A DNA stretch of 57,758 nt, filler included, from Dugesia japonica (taxonomy: Eukaryota): NCBI GenBank assembly GCA_001938525.1. It is 4 parts of 4 records of this genome, joined end to end, with 100 filler letters (N's around TTAATTAATTAA, not from the genome) between each part and the next. Parts side by side here need not be neighbours in the genome. Positions count along the whole stretch, not along the records: positions 1 to 25,179 come from MQRL01588203.1; 3 more parts are not named here. One strand, written 5' to 3'. The position numbers and the translations under genes were made by a program. Under the pieces are notes generated by a model that had not been told where the DNA came from, did not search any database, and saw nothing but the letters and a program-made list of their open reading frames with translations. Shown in pieces: positions 1 through 16,137 of this stretch. Each line of letters opens with the position of its first letter. The stretch's first letter is position 1.

Positions 1-1939
1 AAATCAATCAGTTGATAGTTAAGAACTAAAACAACCATCGAAAACACTTCAATTTTCATGTCATTTGAAATTGTAATATAGAATTTAAATTTAGTAGTTA
101 TCAATATACAATGTATTTTAAATATACTATAGCGAACTCTATTAAGTTGGTTGTAAGAATTTTTACCTTCATTTGTTTGCCAATTATTTGAAATTTTTAA
201 CAATATGTCGGTAAATTTCAATCTCCTAATATAATTAAACCGTATCATATAACTATTCATATAAGAACATTTTGAAAACACTTTACTAGTATATTGAATT
301 ATAGTAGGTTTTAGTATAATTTATAATGGGTATATTGCGAAACGTTTGAAAAGGTAATGTAGAAACACGGTTTTGTTCCAATATTAAAATGTGTCGAATA
401 ATAATAATATTGAAAATCAATTCTATATATTGAAATTTTTCATGGACTAGTGAAATCAAAACAATTTGTTAAAATTTTAGTATTTTTTAGGCTTAATGAA
501 TTTTTATTTAATGTGTTTATAATCAAATTAACTTTATGATTGCATCAAGTTTGTCGAACTGAAAAATATACTAAAGCTGTGAATAAAATATGACCACATT
601 CTATTAAAATTAAAAGCATTTCTCACATTATATTTTGAAAATCTGATATTACTTAGAAGATTTATAAATATAATTAATGTAAATTTAATTTGCTATATTG
701 TAGGCGGATAGTTTTTCTTTCATTAAGTGTGACCAACGGAAACGGGAAACTCGAAATAAAATTTTTCGAAGCGAAGTTGGAAACAACTCGAATAAATTAG
801 TTTTAGTATTTTCAGTAGAAAAGGTTTAGCGGAATTAATTTTAAATTAACATATTTTTTAGAAAAATTAGTTCATTTGAGATATTGTAGAAAATATATTT
901 AGCGTATTTTCCGCTGTGATTTTGATTTGATAATTGTGTTGGCATATTTTTTAAAATTCGTTTTCTCTTGACTTGCGCATAACTTCTTTAAATTAACTTC
1001 AACAGAAATACTACCCACAATTATTTCTATCCGTCAAATATATTCCATTTCAAGTATTTATGTTGAATAAATATGTGATTGCATATGTTCAGAAAATTGC
1101 GTGTGTATGTAATAAGGATCATAATATAAAATGAACATGTTGACTTTTTGCAATTTAATAAATATATAAAAATAAATAATGGTAATATTAATTACAATTA
1201 TTTTATTATTAATAGTTTATTTCTGAAATAGAATAAATCTTTTATTGTTATTTTAGAAATTAAAGAATTTAAATTACATATTAAGAACATGTCACATAAG
1301 AGATTTGTTGGGTATATGAACATTTGGCTTATTAATTGACCCGATTAATTAATGTATTAATTTAGGTATTTAAATGAATAAAGTGTAAACTATATATTTT
1401 ATTCATAAGTAATTAAAAGGAAATAATTTGAACTGGAGTTTAAAATAAAAAAAATTTACCAAATAATAAACATATTTTAGATTTTAGTGCTTCCAAAAAT
1501 GCATCTGTTCAACTGATTTTATTTTTATATAAGTCTACATAATGTCTTAAATAATTCATTGGTTTAAAATTTCTCCGTTGAATTAAACAAAAGAATTAAT
1601 AAATTAATTTCACATTTTCAGTTAAAATTGAATGTAATTTTAATTTTATTTCCTATAGTTACTAGAATATTAATTTTAATAATCAGGTTAAATAATATAT
1701 GTTGCTGAATTCCCGTTATCCGGAGTTATTATTTAAATTATTTATTCGATATATTATAATAATAATCCATTTATTTATTAATACATATCATAGCATTACA
1801 TATTTTATTCATATAATTTAATCAAATTTAATAATGGATCTATTCATTGTGCTTTCAATCTAAATTATCATTATGTGTGTTAGGTGTATGTAAAAGTAAA
1901 TTACATTGATTATTATATAAATTAATAATATCAAGTTAC

Positions 1940-3449
1940 GTAGGGTATTTGAGAACATATTTGATGTTACTTTTATATATTACTTCTTATAAATTTCTAC
2001 TTATTTATTACTACTTATAAATTTCATTTTGAAATAATAGTAAACAAACTAATGGAAGACATTCAAATTACTAAAGAAATGAAAAGGCATGCTGTAATTG
2101 TGGCTTTAAAAACTGATCATAGCGATTTAGAAATCGGACTATCTTTTACAAGTTGCCAGATCTTTTGTTTTTTATATTCTTAAAGTGCTAGAAAACAAAA
2201 ATAAAAATAAATCAACGAAATGTAAAAATCATGCCAAACGCTCTGATATCGTCAAAAAAGCTGATTTTATCCAAGAAGGGTAATGACAATCCCAGAAAAT
2301 CCATGAGATCATTTGCTAAAAATCTCAAAGTCTCAGAAGGAACAATCAGAAATATTGCCCATGAAAACATCGGATATAGGTTTTATGTGTTGAGGAAAGA
2401 ANNNNNNNNNNNNNNNNNNNNNNAAAAAAATAGGTTAATCGGGTGAAAAGTCTCTTAAGCGCCTCTTAAACAAAAAACCAACAGAAAAGATGCAATTTAG
2501 TTTTTTTCGGATGAAAAAAACTTTATCTAGGATCTGAAGGTTAACAGGAGAAATGATTGTTGGTTATGTAGATACTTTAGTAAAGTTTCGAGAGTAATAC
2601 ACAATAAATTTTCCTGCAACTGTCATAGTTTTTGGGGTAGTCAGCAATGAAGGACAGATGATACCCCCACTTTTTAAAATGAACTTTTCTGCCTATAATG
2701 AGATCCTGAAAAATTTTGTTAAGCCTTGGATATGCCCAGTACGAAATGGAAGACCTTATATTTTTCAACAAGATGGCACCATCACACAAGGCTAAATTAA
2801 TGCTGAAATTGATGACTGAAAATATTTTTGATCACATCACTCCTGATATTTGGCTTCCTAACTTCCCAGACCTTAATCCAATGGATCACTACATATGGAA
2901 AGTTATTGAGAAAGAAGTTAATCAACATTATCACAATATTATAGATTCTTTGAAAGCCATCATAGTGAAAGTAATGTCAAACTATTTAAATGCCGTCTAG
3001 AAGCAGTTCTTGAAGCTGATGGTGACTTCTTTGAATAAAACTATTAAGCAGTTAATAAATTTCATACTTTTAGAATTTTTCATTTTATTATTTTTTTCCT
3101 GTCGCGATGTTAAAGCGTCAAAGCNNNNNNNNNNNNNNNNNNNNNNNNNNNNNNNNNNNNNNNNNNNNNNNNNNNNNNNNNNNNNNNNNNNNNNNNNNNN
3201 NNNNNNNNNNNNNNNNNNNNNNNNNNNNNNNNNNNNNNATTCATAATATATCAATACCCGCCTATCAATCGAATTAAAAAAGTACCATAGTCAATCAAGC
3301 TCAAGTTGCCTTAAACCCAATCAATAATAACTTAATTCCATTCCAATCGACTTCTTGATAAACCTCAAGAATAAAGTTATTATTTGTCATTATATATTTG
3401 TTTACCTATAAATCTCATATATGTTCTCAAATACCTTACACACCTTGTA
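1940..3449 (+). mobile_element. Decayed Tc1/mariner DNA transposon, maT/DD37D-type transposase pseudogene with inverted repeats
   Basis: Frameshifted transposase from ATG ~2052 (MEDIQITKEMKRHAVIVALK) through the HTH (NPRKSMRSFAKNLKVSEGTIRNI), FFSDEKNF, FQQDG/APSHKAK and WLPNFPDLNPMDHYIW. After repairing one frameshift, 37 residues separate the 2nd and 3rd Asp. Inverted repeat gtagggtatttgagaacatat (1940-1960) vs atatgttctcaaataccttac (3419-3439). Confidence 0.85.
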
Positions 3450-6400
3450 TATTGATATTATAATATAATGGATAAATAATAATATTTAAAAAATATTATA
3501 ATGATAACATTAATGTACCTATATTTTTCTTAAAATATATTTTTTATTTACTTAAATTACATTAACTACATGCATATTCTTTTGGTTTTTTATATATGGT
3601 CTCAATATTTTTCTATACAAAAGTCTTTTTCCAACCAAGAAAATTTAATAATTATAAAATAAAATAAATTGTATTTTTGCCGACAATTTTATTAATGATT
3701 AAGAATAATATTTGAAAAATGAAATTACATTTTGTCATTGAATAAGATTAATTAAGTAACTCTGTAACTACCGCTTTCCAGTTTGATTTTCCTAAGTAAT
3801 TTCTCGCGTCAAAGTATGTTTTATTAATGAAGAAAGAGAAAAATATTAAATTTCTATAATCTAATAAGGAAATTTTATCAATCACGTTGTAATCATTTTT
3901 TAAAATCAATGTTGACAGGCTGTATGCTTATATGTAAAATGTGAGCAGTTGAATAATTTTCAAAGCATTTATCTAGAATTGATATATATGAAATGAATGT
4001 TATTTTTTTGATATTTCTGATAAAATGTCTTTTCTATTAATTATTATTTAATATTTCTTTTTAAAAATTCATATATATATATATATATATATATAGATTA
4101 AAGACTGCTTTTTTTAATTAGCAAAAATATACTTCATTTTCTCTATTAGGAATCTACATTAATACAAATTATAACCAAAACTAAAAGTTTTTGGTTAATC
4201 GTATTAATCATTTACGCAACGATAATAGATTAGAATATAATTCAAATATAACTAACCTACGTAAGATTTGCCCAACATATTTCTCCAATAATTTCTCTAA
4301 TCTCATGCATAGAGAAAGAGTATTATCGATAATTATGTTAAATTATGTACGAGTTCTAATTCAGTAATGTGTAATGTTTGATTATTTATTTGTTGCCTAC
4401 CGTTATTAAATTTACCGGGGAAATACTGTGAATTTTCATCAATTGCTAACATTATAAATATTTTATTCTAATTTAATGGTAAAATTTCATTTATTTTTTT
4501 TATTGGCTTAATGATCCTTTTATATTTAGAAATACAATACATTGATGAAATTTCATTTAATTTTTTCTACTTTTCAATTTTTTGTTGAAAATAGTTTATA
4601 AATAACTTCATTTTTCATAAGCGCATCCTAAAATAATTTGAAAATATTAACCCATTTGACATTTATCAATATTCAATTTTTGTTGATTTCATCAGTGAAA
4701 AAAGTGACAATATATAAAATTTAATGTTATTAATAGTTNNNNNNNNNNNNNNNNNNNNNNNNNNNNNNNNNNNNNNNNNNNNNNNNNNNNNNNNNNNNNN
4801 NNNNNNNNNNNNNNNNNNNNNNNATAATAATAATAATAATAATATTTGTTTTTAATAAAAGTAAAAAAGTTCAATAATTACTCAAGAAATAAATTATAAT
4901 TATAAAAATTCATTCTTTAAAATATGAATGTTAAAAAATTATTTTTCGATGAACATGCATTTTACATAATTTAATCCAATCAGACTTCATTAAATAAGGA
5001 CGCCATTTTTATTTTTGTAAACAAGATTTTTATTTGTAATTTGATAATAGAATATTTATTAAAAATAGAAAAAATGTGATGAAACATAACTGTTTTACTA
5101 TCTGCATCTATCTATCATGATAAAATGAACTGTGTGTAAATCAATCACATTATCAGATCCATAGAATAGATTTATTAAGTAATTAGAAATAGCTTTCTCT
5201 AGTGGAAATATATTAAGTTTCATTAATTTAAGATGTTGGAACTGGTCATTTTTTCATCGTGATTCTGCTATTCGCTGACGACATTTTTTATTCAAGAAAA
5301 TCTATAAATTAACCTCAACTACCATTTTGTTTCAGTCATTATTGATGCATTTGTCTGAGATGCATAAAACAGTGTATATTGCAGACATGCCTAATTAAAT
5401 GATGCATCATATTTGGAGAAAGAGTGAGCAGATATTTTTCTCCTTTATTTAGTTTGCACGTGGTTCTTTTTCTGCAAATAATTCTTTTGAGTTGTGTATG
5501 CAGTAAAAATCACACCAAAATTTTAAGGATGAGAATGCATTTGCAAAATATGGTGGCTGAGTAAAACTGCATGAGCATACGATAATTAAAAAAAAGAACT
5601 AGTTTCAATTTGAAATTGCATAATTTTCAATTTGAAAAAAAAATTATTTAAAAGAAAATGAATTTTTGATTATGATTCGAAATTTACAGTTAATAAACTA
5701 TTTTGAATAAAATTTAAATGTATGAACTGTTAATTTGCCATACTCGATAAACATTTCTTTAGCTAGACATCGATGTATTTTACATAAACCTAAATGCCGA
5801 TTGTGTGGGTGTACTGATTGACTCATTACTCATGAAATTTGGCACACTTAATTTGGCACACAAAATGTGCATTTATTTACTTCTACTAATACACTACCTA
5901 AACCAATCATACAACTTTGTTTTAACATTTACGTTTTATCGTACTTCATTATCGTTACATCATCTATTTAAAACAAAAGAAATTTATCATATTTTATAAG
6001 ACTCATCCACGGTTAATTTAACGATTTGTTAGTGTTCTAAATAAAAGAAGCAAGATTTTTTGCAGTAAATAAATAATATAAACATTATTATTCGTATTGT
6101 GTACTTTATTTCTAGAATGTACTTATATATTAAAGATTATTGTAGTAAAATCGCAATTATTTAATTTGTTTAAAATGATTTCATGAGAAACTTGTTTCTA
6201 AAATAACTAACTTAAATTAGTAGTTGTACTACGGTCTTAACGGATTTCGTTTTTCACTGAAAAATATTTTTTTGTTTCATTTATATTGAATGAATGTTCA
6301 ATATTTTAATTTTATTCTGTATGATTATTATCAGTTATTGATTATTCTCGTTCTTTATCGCTACTAGTATCACAATGACTATTACGATTGGTGATACTAT

Positions 6401-8869
6401 TGCAATCTATGAAAAATTGCATCTTAAAATTTTTGTTTTTCATTGTTTCATGTTAAAACGTGGTTGATGTGAAAATTTTATGGTTATTTTTTAATGAAAG
6501 TTTATTCTTTTTACCTAAATTTAAATTTAAATTGGAAGTATCTAGAAATAACTCATTTGGTTCGATGCAATTTTTANNNNNNNNNNNNNNNNNNNNNNNN
6601 NNNNNNNNNNNNNNNNNNNNNNNNNNNNNNNNNNNNNNNNNNNNNNNNNNNNNNNNNNNNNNNNNNGATCGAAAATTTAATTTTCATCTATGTGATTAAT
6701 GTTTGTCAAATTTATTAAAAATTTTATCACCCATTCAAGGACATGTTTGTCAATAGATTTAATTTTATTTTCAAGCATGTGCTATATTAATAATTTACAA
6801 ATCTCAATGAATCACAAAATATCAAAGATATTGATTATTGGTAGATGAAAGTGTTACTTTATTATATTGTCAAATTTGTAATTATAACTGTATTTTTCAT
6901 TTATTTTCTCAAATCAAATCATCAACCGTGATTCTTTCCATAATTTTTTGTAGGCCTTAAATTTGACTCCAGGCAGACTTGCATGATGATGAAAAATGCA
7001 TTCTGAATATCTAACGAATTCATTTTTTTTTGCCATAAATGCCTTTGGTTACATAAATTTTATTCGTTCTTATAATTTTAATGAAAAATTTTAATTGAGT
7101 ATTATCGATATCCAAATAAAAACATGTGTTATTTTGTATATACAATTCATTGATTGATAAAATATTTGTTGATTATTTCCTTTTATATTATATTTCATTT
7201 TAGATATGAATACTGATATGTTTCGGATGTTCAATTTTTAAAATAAATAAATTTCTGGGTGGGCTATTAAATATTTAAATAATATCTGGTATATATTTAT
7301 GGATTTAATTAATTACATCATTCAATTAATTTTTTACTGTAATGCTGTTTCAGTTTCTATAGATAAATTAAATGTATTAAAAAATATCTTTCGAAATATT
7401 TAAGGTGGCAGCTTTTGATTTAATTATGCTTTTAAACATGATATAGTATTTGTTGTTGAATATTTGAAAGATTTCTTTTATTTAATATTTTTGTGAATTT
7501 NTTAATGTTAACTGCGATAAATAATTTCATATAAAAATTGTATAAGCATCAAGATTTATATTTTGAGTATAAATTTAATTTGTATCCGAAATATTATTTA
7601 AAGGTTAATTTATTGCATTTTAAACGATGTTAATTACAAAACAAAGAAAGCCGGAATAGGAAAATAATAATTATAAAGAGAATTAATTTAAAAATATTCA
7701 AAAGGCAACGAGAATTTCAATTAAATATCTAAGCTATTTATAAAAAAANNNNNNNNNNNNNNNNNNNNNNNNNNNNNNNNNNNNNNNNNNNNNNNNNAAT
7801 TTAAAATAAAACTCATTAAGTATATTTGTGCTTAATATTCGCCGCTTTAAAAGAAAATTAACAGGTTAACATGTAGAAATAAATTATTCAACATTTATTT
7901 GGTTGCATTTCGCTGGCAATAGATTTACTTTTAATATCATTTTCTCGACGATTTTTTCATTGAAACTCTTTTATTAAAATTATTTTTTATTTTTGGAAAT
8001 AATATTTTAATTATTTTCTTAAAAGTTTTACTTGATATTTTAGCTAAATATTTAAAATTTTATAAATTATTTATTATTATTTAGTAATTCAAGTCTTACT
8101 TTTTAAAATTATTTTTGTTAAGTAATTTTTATACCGCACTACTTGAATAATGCTAACTTACAAAATTTCTAAACATTAAAGTTTCTCTTTATATTTTAGA
8201 ATTTAATTAGAATTTCTTTTTAATCAATGTAGCATTTACCGCCATTTTTTCTTTTATCAACTTGTTTAAACTCTACATATTTTTAATAACTTTTAGTAAT
8301 CAAAATTATGTTTTTGAATGAAAAATTTTCCATAATTTTAGATGTACAGCAAATAATGTATATCAAAAATATTGATAAAAAATTAAAAATTTTCAATAAT
8401 GTTAATCTCAAAATATATAATGTTTCGGAAATTTGGTTCCTGTTTTAGTTTCTTACTACTCAATTTTATTTTCAACTTGTTTCTCTTGTAAACGTTTTAC
8501 GTTAATAAATTATTCAGCCTTTAATAATTTATCAAAGCGATATTTTTAGACAACAGTTAAATAATTTTCTCTTATTTTTAAAATAAATAAAAAACGAAAT
8601 CAATTTTTACAAAATTTTATACTTTATTACTAAATGTTTTAGCAAAGACATTAAAATAAAATATGTCAAGTGCAAAGTAATTTAATAAATGATCAAAACG
8701 AAAATTATTAAAGTACCATATTCAGGTCATGAGTGTGATCCATACTTAGCATTCAATTTTATTATTTTTTCATTGATTTTTACTATTATGTATACAAATA
8801 TGACTCCGGCTTTTTTGAGAAGTGTTTTTTTAGAAGACTTTTTTGAAAAGTTTTATTTAAAAACATTTA

Positions 8870-9690
8870 TTCAAAACATTTGAAGCTACAACCTTCGTCA
8901 TTTTTCAGGGAACGAATAAATTCCGCGGTAAAAAGAAATCTGTCTCTTTTGAAGCAATCCAGCTCAATTTTGATGGTCTTCATCGGAATTGAACCGTTTT
9001 CCAGAAAGTGCTGATGGCATTGAGGAAAACAAATGATAATCCAAAGTAATAATATCCAGTTAATACGGCAGGTGATGTAAGACTACTTCCCAGTTTACTC
9101 CTTCTATGTAATTCTTAACCGAATTAATATGTGGCTTAGCGTTATCATGTTGCAAAATTATCTTTGTATGTTTATTCTCATACTCTGGTCTTTTTTCGGC
9201 CAGAGCTCACTTCAAACTAATTAATTGAAATCAATAACATTCACNNNNNNNNNNNNNNNNNNNNNNNNNNNNNNNNNNNNNNNNNNNNNNNNNNNNNNNN
9301 NNNNNNNNNNNNNNNNNNNNNNNNNNNNNNNNNNNTCAGTTCCATAATTTTCAAATCATTTCTATACCTTGTAGTCGTTGCGAAATACATTGATGGGTCA
9401 CATTTAATGTAGAAGACAGTTCAGATTTGGTTTGGCATGGGTTTTCTACCAGCAACATTGTCAATTTATCTTCAAATTCATTTAGTGGTTTTCCATGCTC
9501 TTTGTCCTTATTATTGTAATCGCCATTTCTAAATCAACAAAACTAATCCTTGCATGTCGTAGCTAAAGAATTATGCTCACCATAAATTTCTACAAGGAAG
9601 TGGTACGTTTCCACTGCCGTTTTCTTGGCAATATATTAATGAAGCATGATCTTCTGCAAATATTACCTTTTGAAATATATGTGGACATTT
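8870..9690 (-). mobile_element. Decayed mariner (DD34D) transposase remnant
   Basis: Minus-strand translation gives an HTH region (KKTAVETYHFLVEIYGEH), ILQHDNA, and WEVVLHHLPY*LDIITLDYHLF, a decayed form of [21 protein letters not shown]. Contains stops, frameshifts and an N gap. Confidence 0.8.
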
Positions 9691-12600
9691 TGAATTGATA
9701 TATTATTTAATCAATAAAGATATGAACAGCAAAGACTTAAACAAATATCACGTGCTAATATTTATTACACGATATTTGATTTTACAAATACTTTTAATAT
9801 GCCGGAATCATATTTGTACACTTAATATTTTTCATTGGAAAATTAAAAAAATTATTAACTATTGTAATAATTTTTTTAAACAACTGGAATTACAGATAGG
9901 TCTCGGTAATTTAAAATAATTACTTGAATTTCATGTTTGAAATGTGATTTTTATGCATAAAAAAAGTAATGATTTTGGACAACGTTTTCGAGTTATCCTG
10001 AAAGTAAATGTACGTGGTTAAATAGAAATTATTATTTTTTTATAATTACAATTATTTATTTTATAATTACTTTTTNNNNNNNNNNNNNNNNNNNNNNNNN
10101 NNNNNNNNNNNNNNNNNNNNNNNNNNNNNNNNNNNNNNNNNNNNNNNNNNNNNNNNNNNNNNNNNNNNNNNNNNNNNNNNNNNNNNNNNNNNNNNNNNNT
10201 TATAATTTATAGTATAAAGTATTTATGTATTTATAATATTAATTGTTTATACATTTAAATAACTTTAGAATGAATTTTTTAATTTCTTCTCATGCAAAAT
10301 ATAATAAGCAAGAAAATTTTCAGTAAATTTTAATTGAATCCATTCTTTCATGACGCACTTTAAATCCTTCGCCGCATCCAGTTTGATAATCACTGAAATA
10401 ATTGAAGAATTTCTATTCAATTTCTATTTGTAAAAAATCAATTTTAGTAGTTTATTTCAAATTACATTGATAAAATACTTCAAAATTTAATAATAATTTA
10501 TAAACAAAAGTTTTTTTGTAATAATAACATGTGTTACTACACGGGCATTTTCTTTTAGATGTATAACATCAAACTTTTGCAAATTAAAATTTGAATTAAA
10601 TAAAAGTAAAATTCATTTTCAAAATTTTCATCGAATTATAAAACTTTTTCTGTCTTTTTATTTGTTTTGATATAGAAACATTACAACCCAAAGATAATGT
10701 TTGGATTTTTCAAGAAAAATTCCAAATTCGTTTATTTTACGTTGATTATTATTAATTCTTCACTGACTAAATTAATATTTCCGAATATATTTTGGCGTTT
10801 TCAAAACCTCAATTTGGATTTATAAAAGAATTCGGGTTGAATTATTGCTTGTTAAATCCATTTTATCCGGTAGGTGATATAATAAAACTAACCTTTTATA
10901 ACTATCGAGTTAATATTAAGTTCGGTTTTTATATATTTATGTATCGAAAAATTATGATATTCATATCAGTTCCAAGAATAGTATGAAAAATCTCCATTTT
11001 AATTAGAAATTTAGATGAATGTTTGATTTAAGATTTTTAACAATCGATAAAAATAAGAAATAAATATTTTTTTAAAGCCTCGATAATTATTAAAGTACAA
11101 TTAAATTAGAAATTTCAAAAATATCTTTAACGACAAGTTTAACAAACTTAAAATTCTAACTTCAATGAAACTCAATTTTCATGTTATTGAATTTTTTATT
11201 ATAATGAAAGACTAATTTAAATGATTTGTAATTAATAGTAAAATAAATTAATTGTTATATAATATTTAATATTTTATTATTTCGTAAATAGTGAAGAAAT
11301 TCAATATTAATTTAATCTAATAAAAATTTCGTATCTTTAGTGTGCAAAGTTGTGCACTATTCACACAGCATAATATTATTGCATAAATTGTTCAAATAAT
11401 TTACTTATTAAACATAAATAAATTCTCAATTTTCTATTCTGCAGATTTGTAAACTTGAAATAAATTTATTGTTATATCCGATGTGATAAGAATTATCATA
11501 GATATGCAAAATTAATCAAACCATAAATATTACATATGCAAAACAGATAAAAAAGGCGCGGATTTCAATAAATCTTTTGAAACAATTTACAATTAATTTT
11601 TGCGATAAATTTAGTTACTAATTGGTAAAATGTTTTATTATTCATTTTCTACGTATTCAATTTCTTTTGCATGTTAAATTTCTATTGTTATTTTCTATAA
11701 TGAAAATTCTTTATTATCTCTCACAATAATTGTTTTTATCTTTAATTTAATTAACTTATTAATTTTGAATATAAATTACTCATTTTTCATGTATTAAATA
11801 TCAAATGTTCATTTATTTACAATTTATTCACAAATTTCTCAATATCATCAAAATACATGTAATTTAATCAATAAATTTTATTTTACCCTCACTAATAAAT
11901 TATTATAGAATGCTACAATTAAATAAGTCCATCGTATTCTTCAACTATTTTTATATCAACTTCAAAATTTTAATAGTGAAACAATTACAAATCCAATCCA
12001 TTTCAATATTAAGTATTCATTGAAACATCAAGTAAAAATTTCCGATACAATGCTATTTTTCCAATTGAGGTTTAATTGATTTTTGTGAATAATATAGTAT
12101 TTGTGCCACATATGACCCACCATGCGGTAAGGGTTTAAATATACCAGCAACTTCTTGATTCATTTTTCAATCAGTAAATAATATAATTGGCATGTTATAA
12201 ATGGATTTTTAACTATGGAAAGTATTTAAATAAAAATCTGTGTAATATATTTTTTTAAATTCATGAAATTAAGCAACACGTGACCTATTAATAAGTCATT
12301 ACTATTTTGGTTTGTTGACCGCATGTCCACTGATTCTTAATTACTTGAATTCATCGCCACATGGATATTTCTCTGGATGAATTTTACAGATATTTTGTCT
12401 CGAAGAATGTGTTTGTAATATCTGAAATTGATAAATACTGCAATAATTTTGAATTTAAAATTTTTTTTATTAGAAAATTCATCAACTTCAGTAGTGATGC
12501 TGATTATTGGAAATATTATTAGATATTAATTTTGATCATATTGATTTCGCAACTTTTAGAGAATTTAAATTATACGAATTTACTATTGAGAAAATTACTG

Positions 12601-15270
12601 CTTTTTAATCAATAAAATCTNTCAAATTAATTGTTTTTGCTAAATAGTGTGTAAAGAAATAATTTTAATAAAGTTCAATTATTTTTGAGAAATAATTATC
12701 TGTCCCTCATTTTTTAGTATGAATATAGTTTTAGATAAATATGTATAATTGATATATTCATTATAAATTTAAGTAAAAGTATGTGGATAAAGTTATCATT
12801 TTTATTTTGATAATTTTTTCTCGCGTTAAAAGTTATTTTACTATACTCAAGTTATAAAGAACAATCTTCTATATTATTAATAAAGTGTAGTTGATGATTC
12901 TGAATGTGTAAGACGAAGAACTAATACTTTCCATTTAAAATTGGTACCAAAATGAAAAATAAAAATGGAACTACATTAAATATTAATATTGAAAAACGCA
13001 ATTGAATTTTCATGAAATTGATTGTTAGGAAGTTGTATTGCAGATATTTTCACCTGCTTTTGAAATACAAAAAGTGAAAGATGAAAATTTTCTATCGGTA
13101 ACACTTGGGAACTATGTAAAAGCATATTTTGTTCTAAAAAGAAATATTATAAAGTCATTAAATATAAATCAAGAAATACTCATTTAAATGGACATTCTTG
13201 GAAAAATATAATCCTTTTCGAATAAAAGAAATCTCATGCAATATAGGTGCACTTTTCAAGTTTTCCCATCATCGTTATCTAATAATATTTAATAAAATTC
13301 TTTAAAGTATTCATATTATTTAGTTAAATTAAAAATGATTTTTTCGTAAATAATTTGAAAACTCGTAAAATTTCTGATTAAAATATATAATTTAATGGTA
13401 TTGATGATAAAAAAAATTCTTTTAAATGTATTTTATTTGTTTTCTTAATTAAACGGCAATAAATTATTTAGAACAAATCAAATCTTTGGAAAATAANAAA
13501 TGATATTTCATTTCAAGTTTGTCAGAGCGTAATATCATATTTAAATTCTGTGATTCATTTCGACAAAAATGACGATTACATTAGTCAATATTTCACACTA
13601 GATGAAATAACTTAATCTATATTCAAATACTTCGCTGTCAATAGTTTTTTTTTTAAAAATTCTTGAAATAAAATATTAATAATCGATTCACGATAATCAC
13701 TGAAACTTTATTAATAAAAATTTTGTTTCTGTTTTTGGTCGAGATTAGTTTTGATTTAACCGCAGGGGTGTGAATTATGAATAACCAATTTTTGCTTTTT
13801 GAATATTTTTAATACAATGATTTGTAAATAATTTTGCGATCATTGTCGGTATACACTACTATGAAACTAATAACATTATTATTTTTTCAATTAAGTGATA
13901 ATTAAAAAAAGGTTCAATAATATAATGTACATTTTTAGTTTATTAATTATGTTTTTAATAAAAAATGACCAACCGAAATGAATTATCGGACTACTTAGAA
14001 AAATTCAATTTTGTTGGGGTTTCGTACAGATAAATATATAAATATTTAAAGAAATGTATTGATATTTGTGTATACTCATATATCACTATACGACCGCTTA
14101 CTTTTATTAGGGTAGTTTTTCGATTTACAACTATTATACAACTATTAAAAAACAATGTGCACATTTTACTGCGTTGCCACTTTAGTGTAGTTACATATGA
14201 TTGTAAGTAGACGTGTTATTCCTTTTGAATTTGCATGGATATGTATAAAAATAATTGATTTCTTATACTGGTTTTAGCTTAACGGCTAGCTTTCTGGAAT
14301 ATATCTAGACTGTAAGTATTATGAGCGTATTTATTTCAATTAAAATAAAGTTAAGCTTATTTGATGGAACCGTACTGAAACCAATAATTCACAAAGATTG
14401 TCCAGGACTGGTTTTAATTATTATTTTTATTTAATTTTAAAAGCATTTTTAATAAATGGTAAATTAGTTTACCAATATTAATTACTCCGAAATTATTTAA
14501 CACTACGATATATCGAATTAAAATTTTCATCAACATTTCACTAAATTTATGATTTTCTGTGCCTAAGAATTAACCACAGTTTTACTCAAATAAATAAATA
14601 AGCTTAGTCTATTTTCTCTCTACTGTTAAACTGATCGTAATCTTGTGTATAAAGTTATTTTTCGTTTTGGCGAACACCAAAATCACACAAAGCCTATATT
14701 TTATTATCAAGGTAGTGCTAATTTTTGTAACATACATTAGTCAAATATTTCATATAAGACATTTTTATAGATGACAAGTGACAGCGTATTGTTTTATCTT
14801 TCTTGTTGTTCAACTGTATTCGAAAATTTGTCTTGATTTTAACATCAGATTTATTTTGTAATCAGAATAAGAAATCTTCTCGTTGAATTTTCATGTGTAA
14901 ATGAAATTTTATTTTTTTTGAATTGAATGATATAAATCCCGAAGGAGTGCTTGAGTATTTTTATCAAACGATAATGGAGAAAAATCAATTGTATCAAGTA
15001 AAACAAATCTTTTTTATAAAGATTTATTAAGGCCTTAAATTGTATTTTAAACATTTTGAAGGATGAGAATTAATATTAAAGAAAATCGTTAAATAGGTAA
15101 GAAATTAGATTTGAATAAATCGCTATTTTTTAATTGTTGCTTTGATTAATATTTGTCGATTTCGACTCTACACTAGAATTTTTAATTTTAACTAATAATT
15201 ATTTATAAAATATTTGAAAATTTGATTGTTTTCTTTATTTTAAAAATAACCAATTTGGGATAATTTATGA

Positions 15271-15621
15271 CAGTGTTGCTCAAAAGATGGTCCCAAAGAA
15301 AATTTCAGTGGTCAGCAAAATATAGTAACAGAATATATTAAATTTACAAACAAAACTTTTTAACTAAAAATTTAATATTTTTTTAAATTTAATTCAAATT
15401 AATGTTATTTGTTATATCTAAAAAATACATACGATTTGTAAAAACTACATCTTCACTGTAAATCAATAACGAAAATTCAATTATAATTTTCTACATATAA
15501 AATAGGTTTATAGGTAAATCCAACATATTTTTTTCGTAAAAAAATTTTATTATTATTATTGTAAAATTAGCAAATTATATAGTTTACTGATTCTCGATGT
15601 GTTTTGGGTTGAGATACACTG
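15271..15621. mobile_element. Non-autonomous hAT-like (Charlie-type) MITE
   Basis: Imperfect terminal inverted repeats cagtgttgctcaa ... ttgagatacactg around a ~350 bp AT-rich non-coding interior. The 8-bp flanks are only loosely similar. Confidence 0.55.
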
Positions 15622-16137
15622 GTTAAACATAAACTCGTTCAATATTATTTTTAAAATCATTGGTGGTTCTATTTTCAATTTTACACTTTTCTGGTCAAAC
15701 TGTTTTTAAATGATAGAATTGTTTCATTTATCAATTCGAACTTTTGAATTATTTATATTTTCATTAACATTTTGTCTAAATATTTTTATGCAATTTTTGT
15801 TATTATGTTACTATTTAGTTCTTAATATGGTGTTAAAATGTATATTAAACTAAATGTCAAAAAGTTATTTACCTCAATGTTCATTAAAACCGAATATCAA
15901 TCGTCCTTATAATTTAGTAATATATTTATAGAAACTTCTTGTAGCATCATTTTAACATCATCAAATTACTGTTCATATTTGTATATATGACAAAATTATT
16001 TGGCAACTCTTAAAATTTCGATAATTTTAGAATCAAATAGAATAATTGTATCCAACCTTCTATTAAGATAATTAAAATTTCGTATATTAAATATTTTCAA
16101 ATGTTATTAAATTCTTTTGATTGATATAATTTTCTAG

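Noticed and set aside
13030-13280. Possible Mediator MED27-like fragment (FLSVTLGNYVKAYFVLKRNII)
   Set aside because: Only a faint by-eye resemblance, with stops and no clear exon boundaries.
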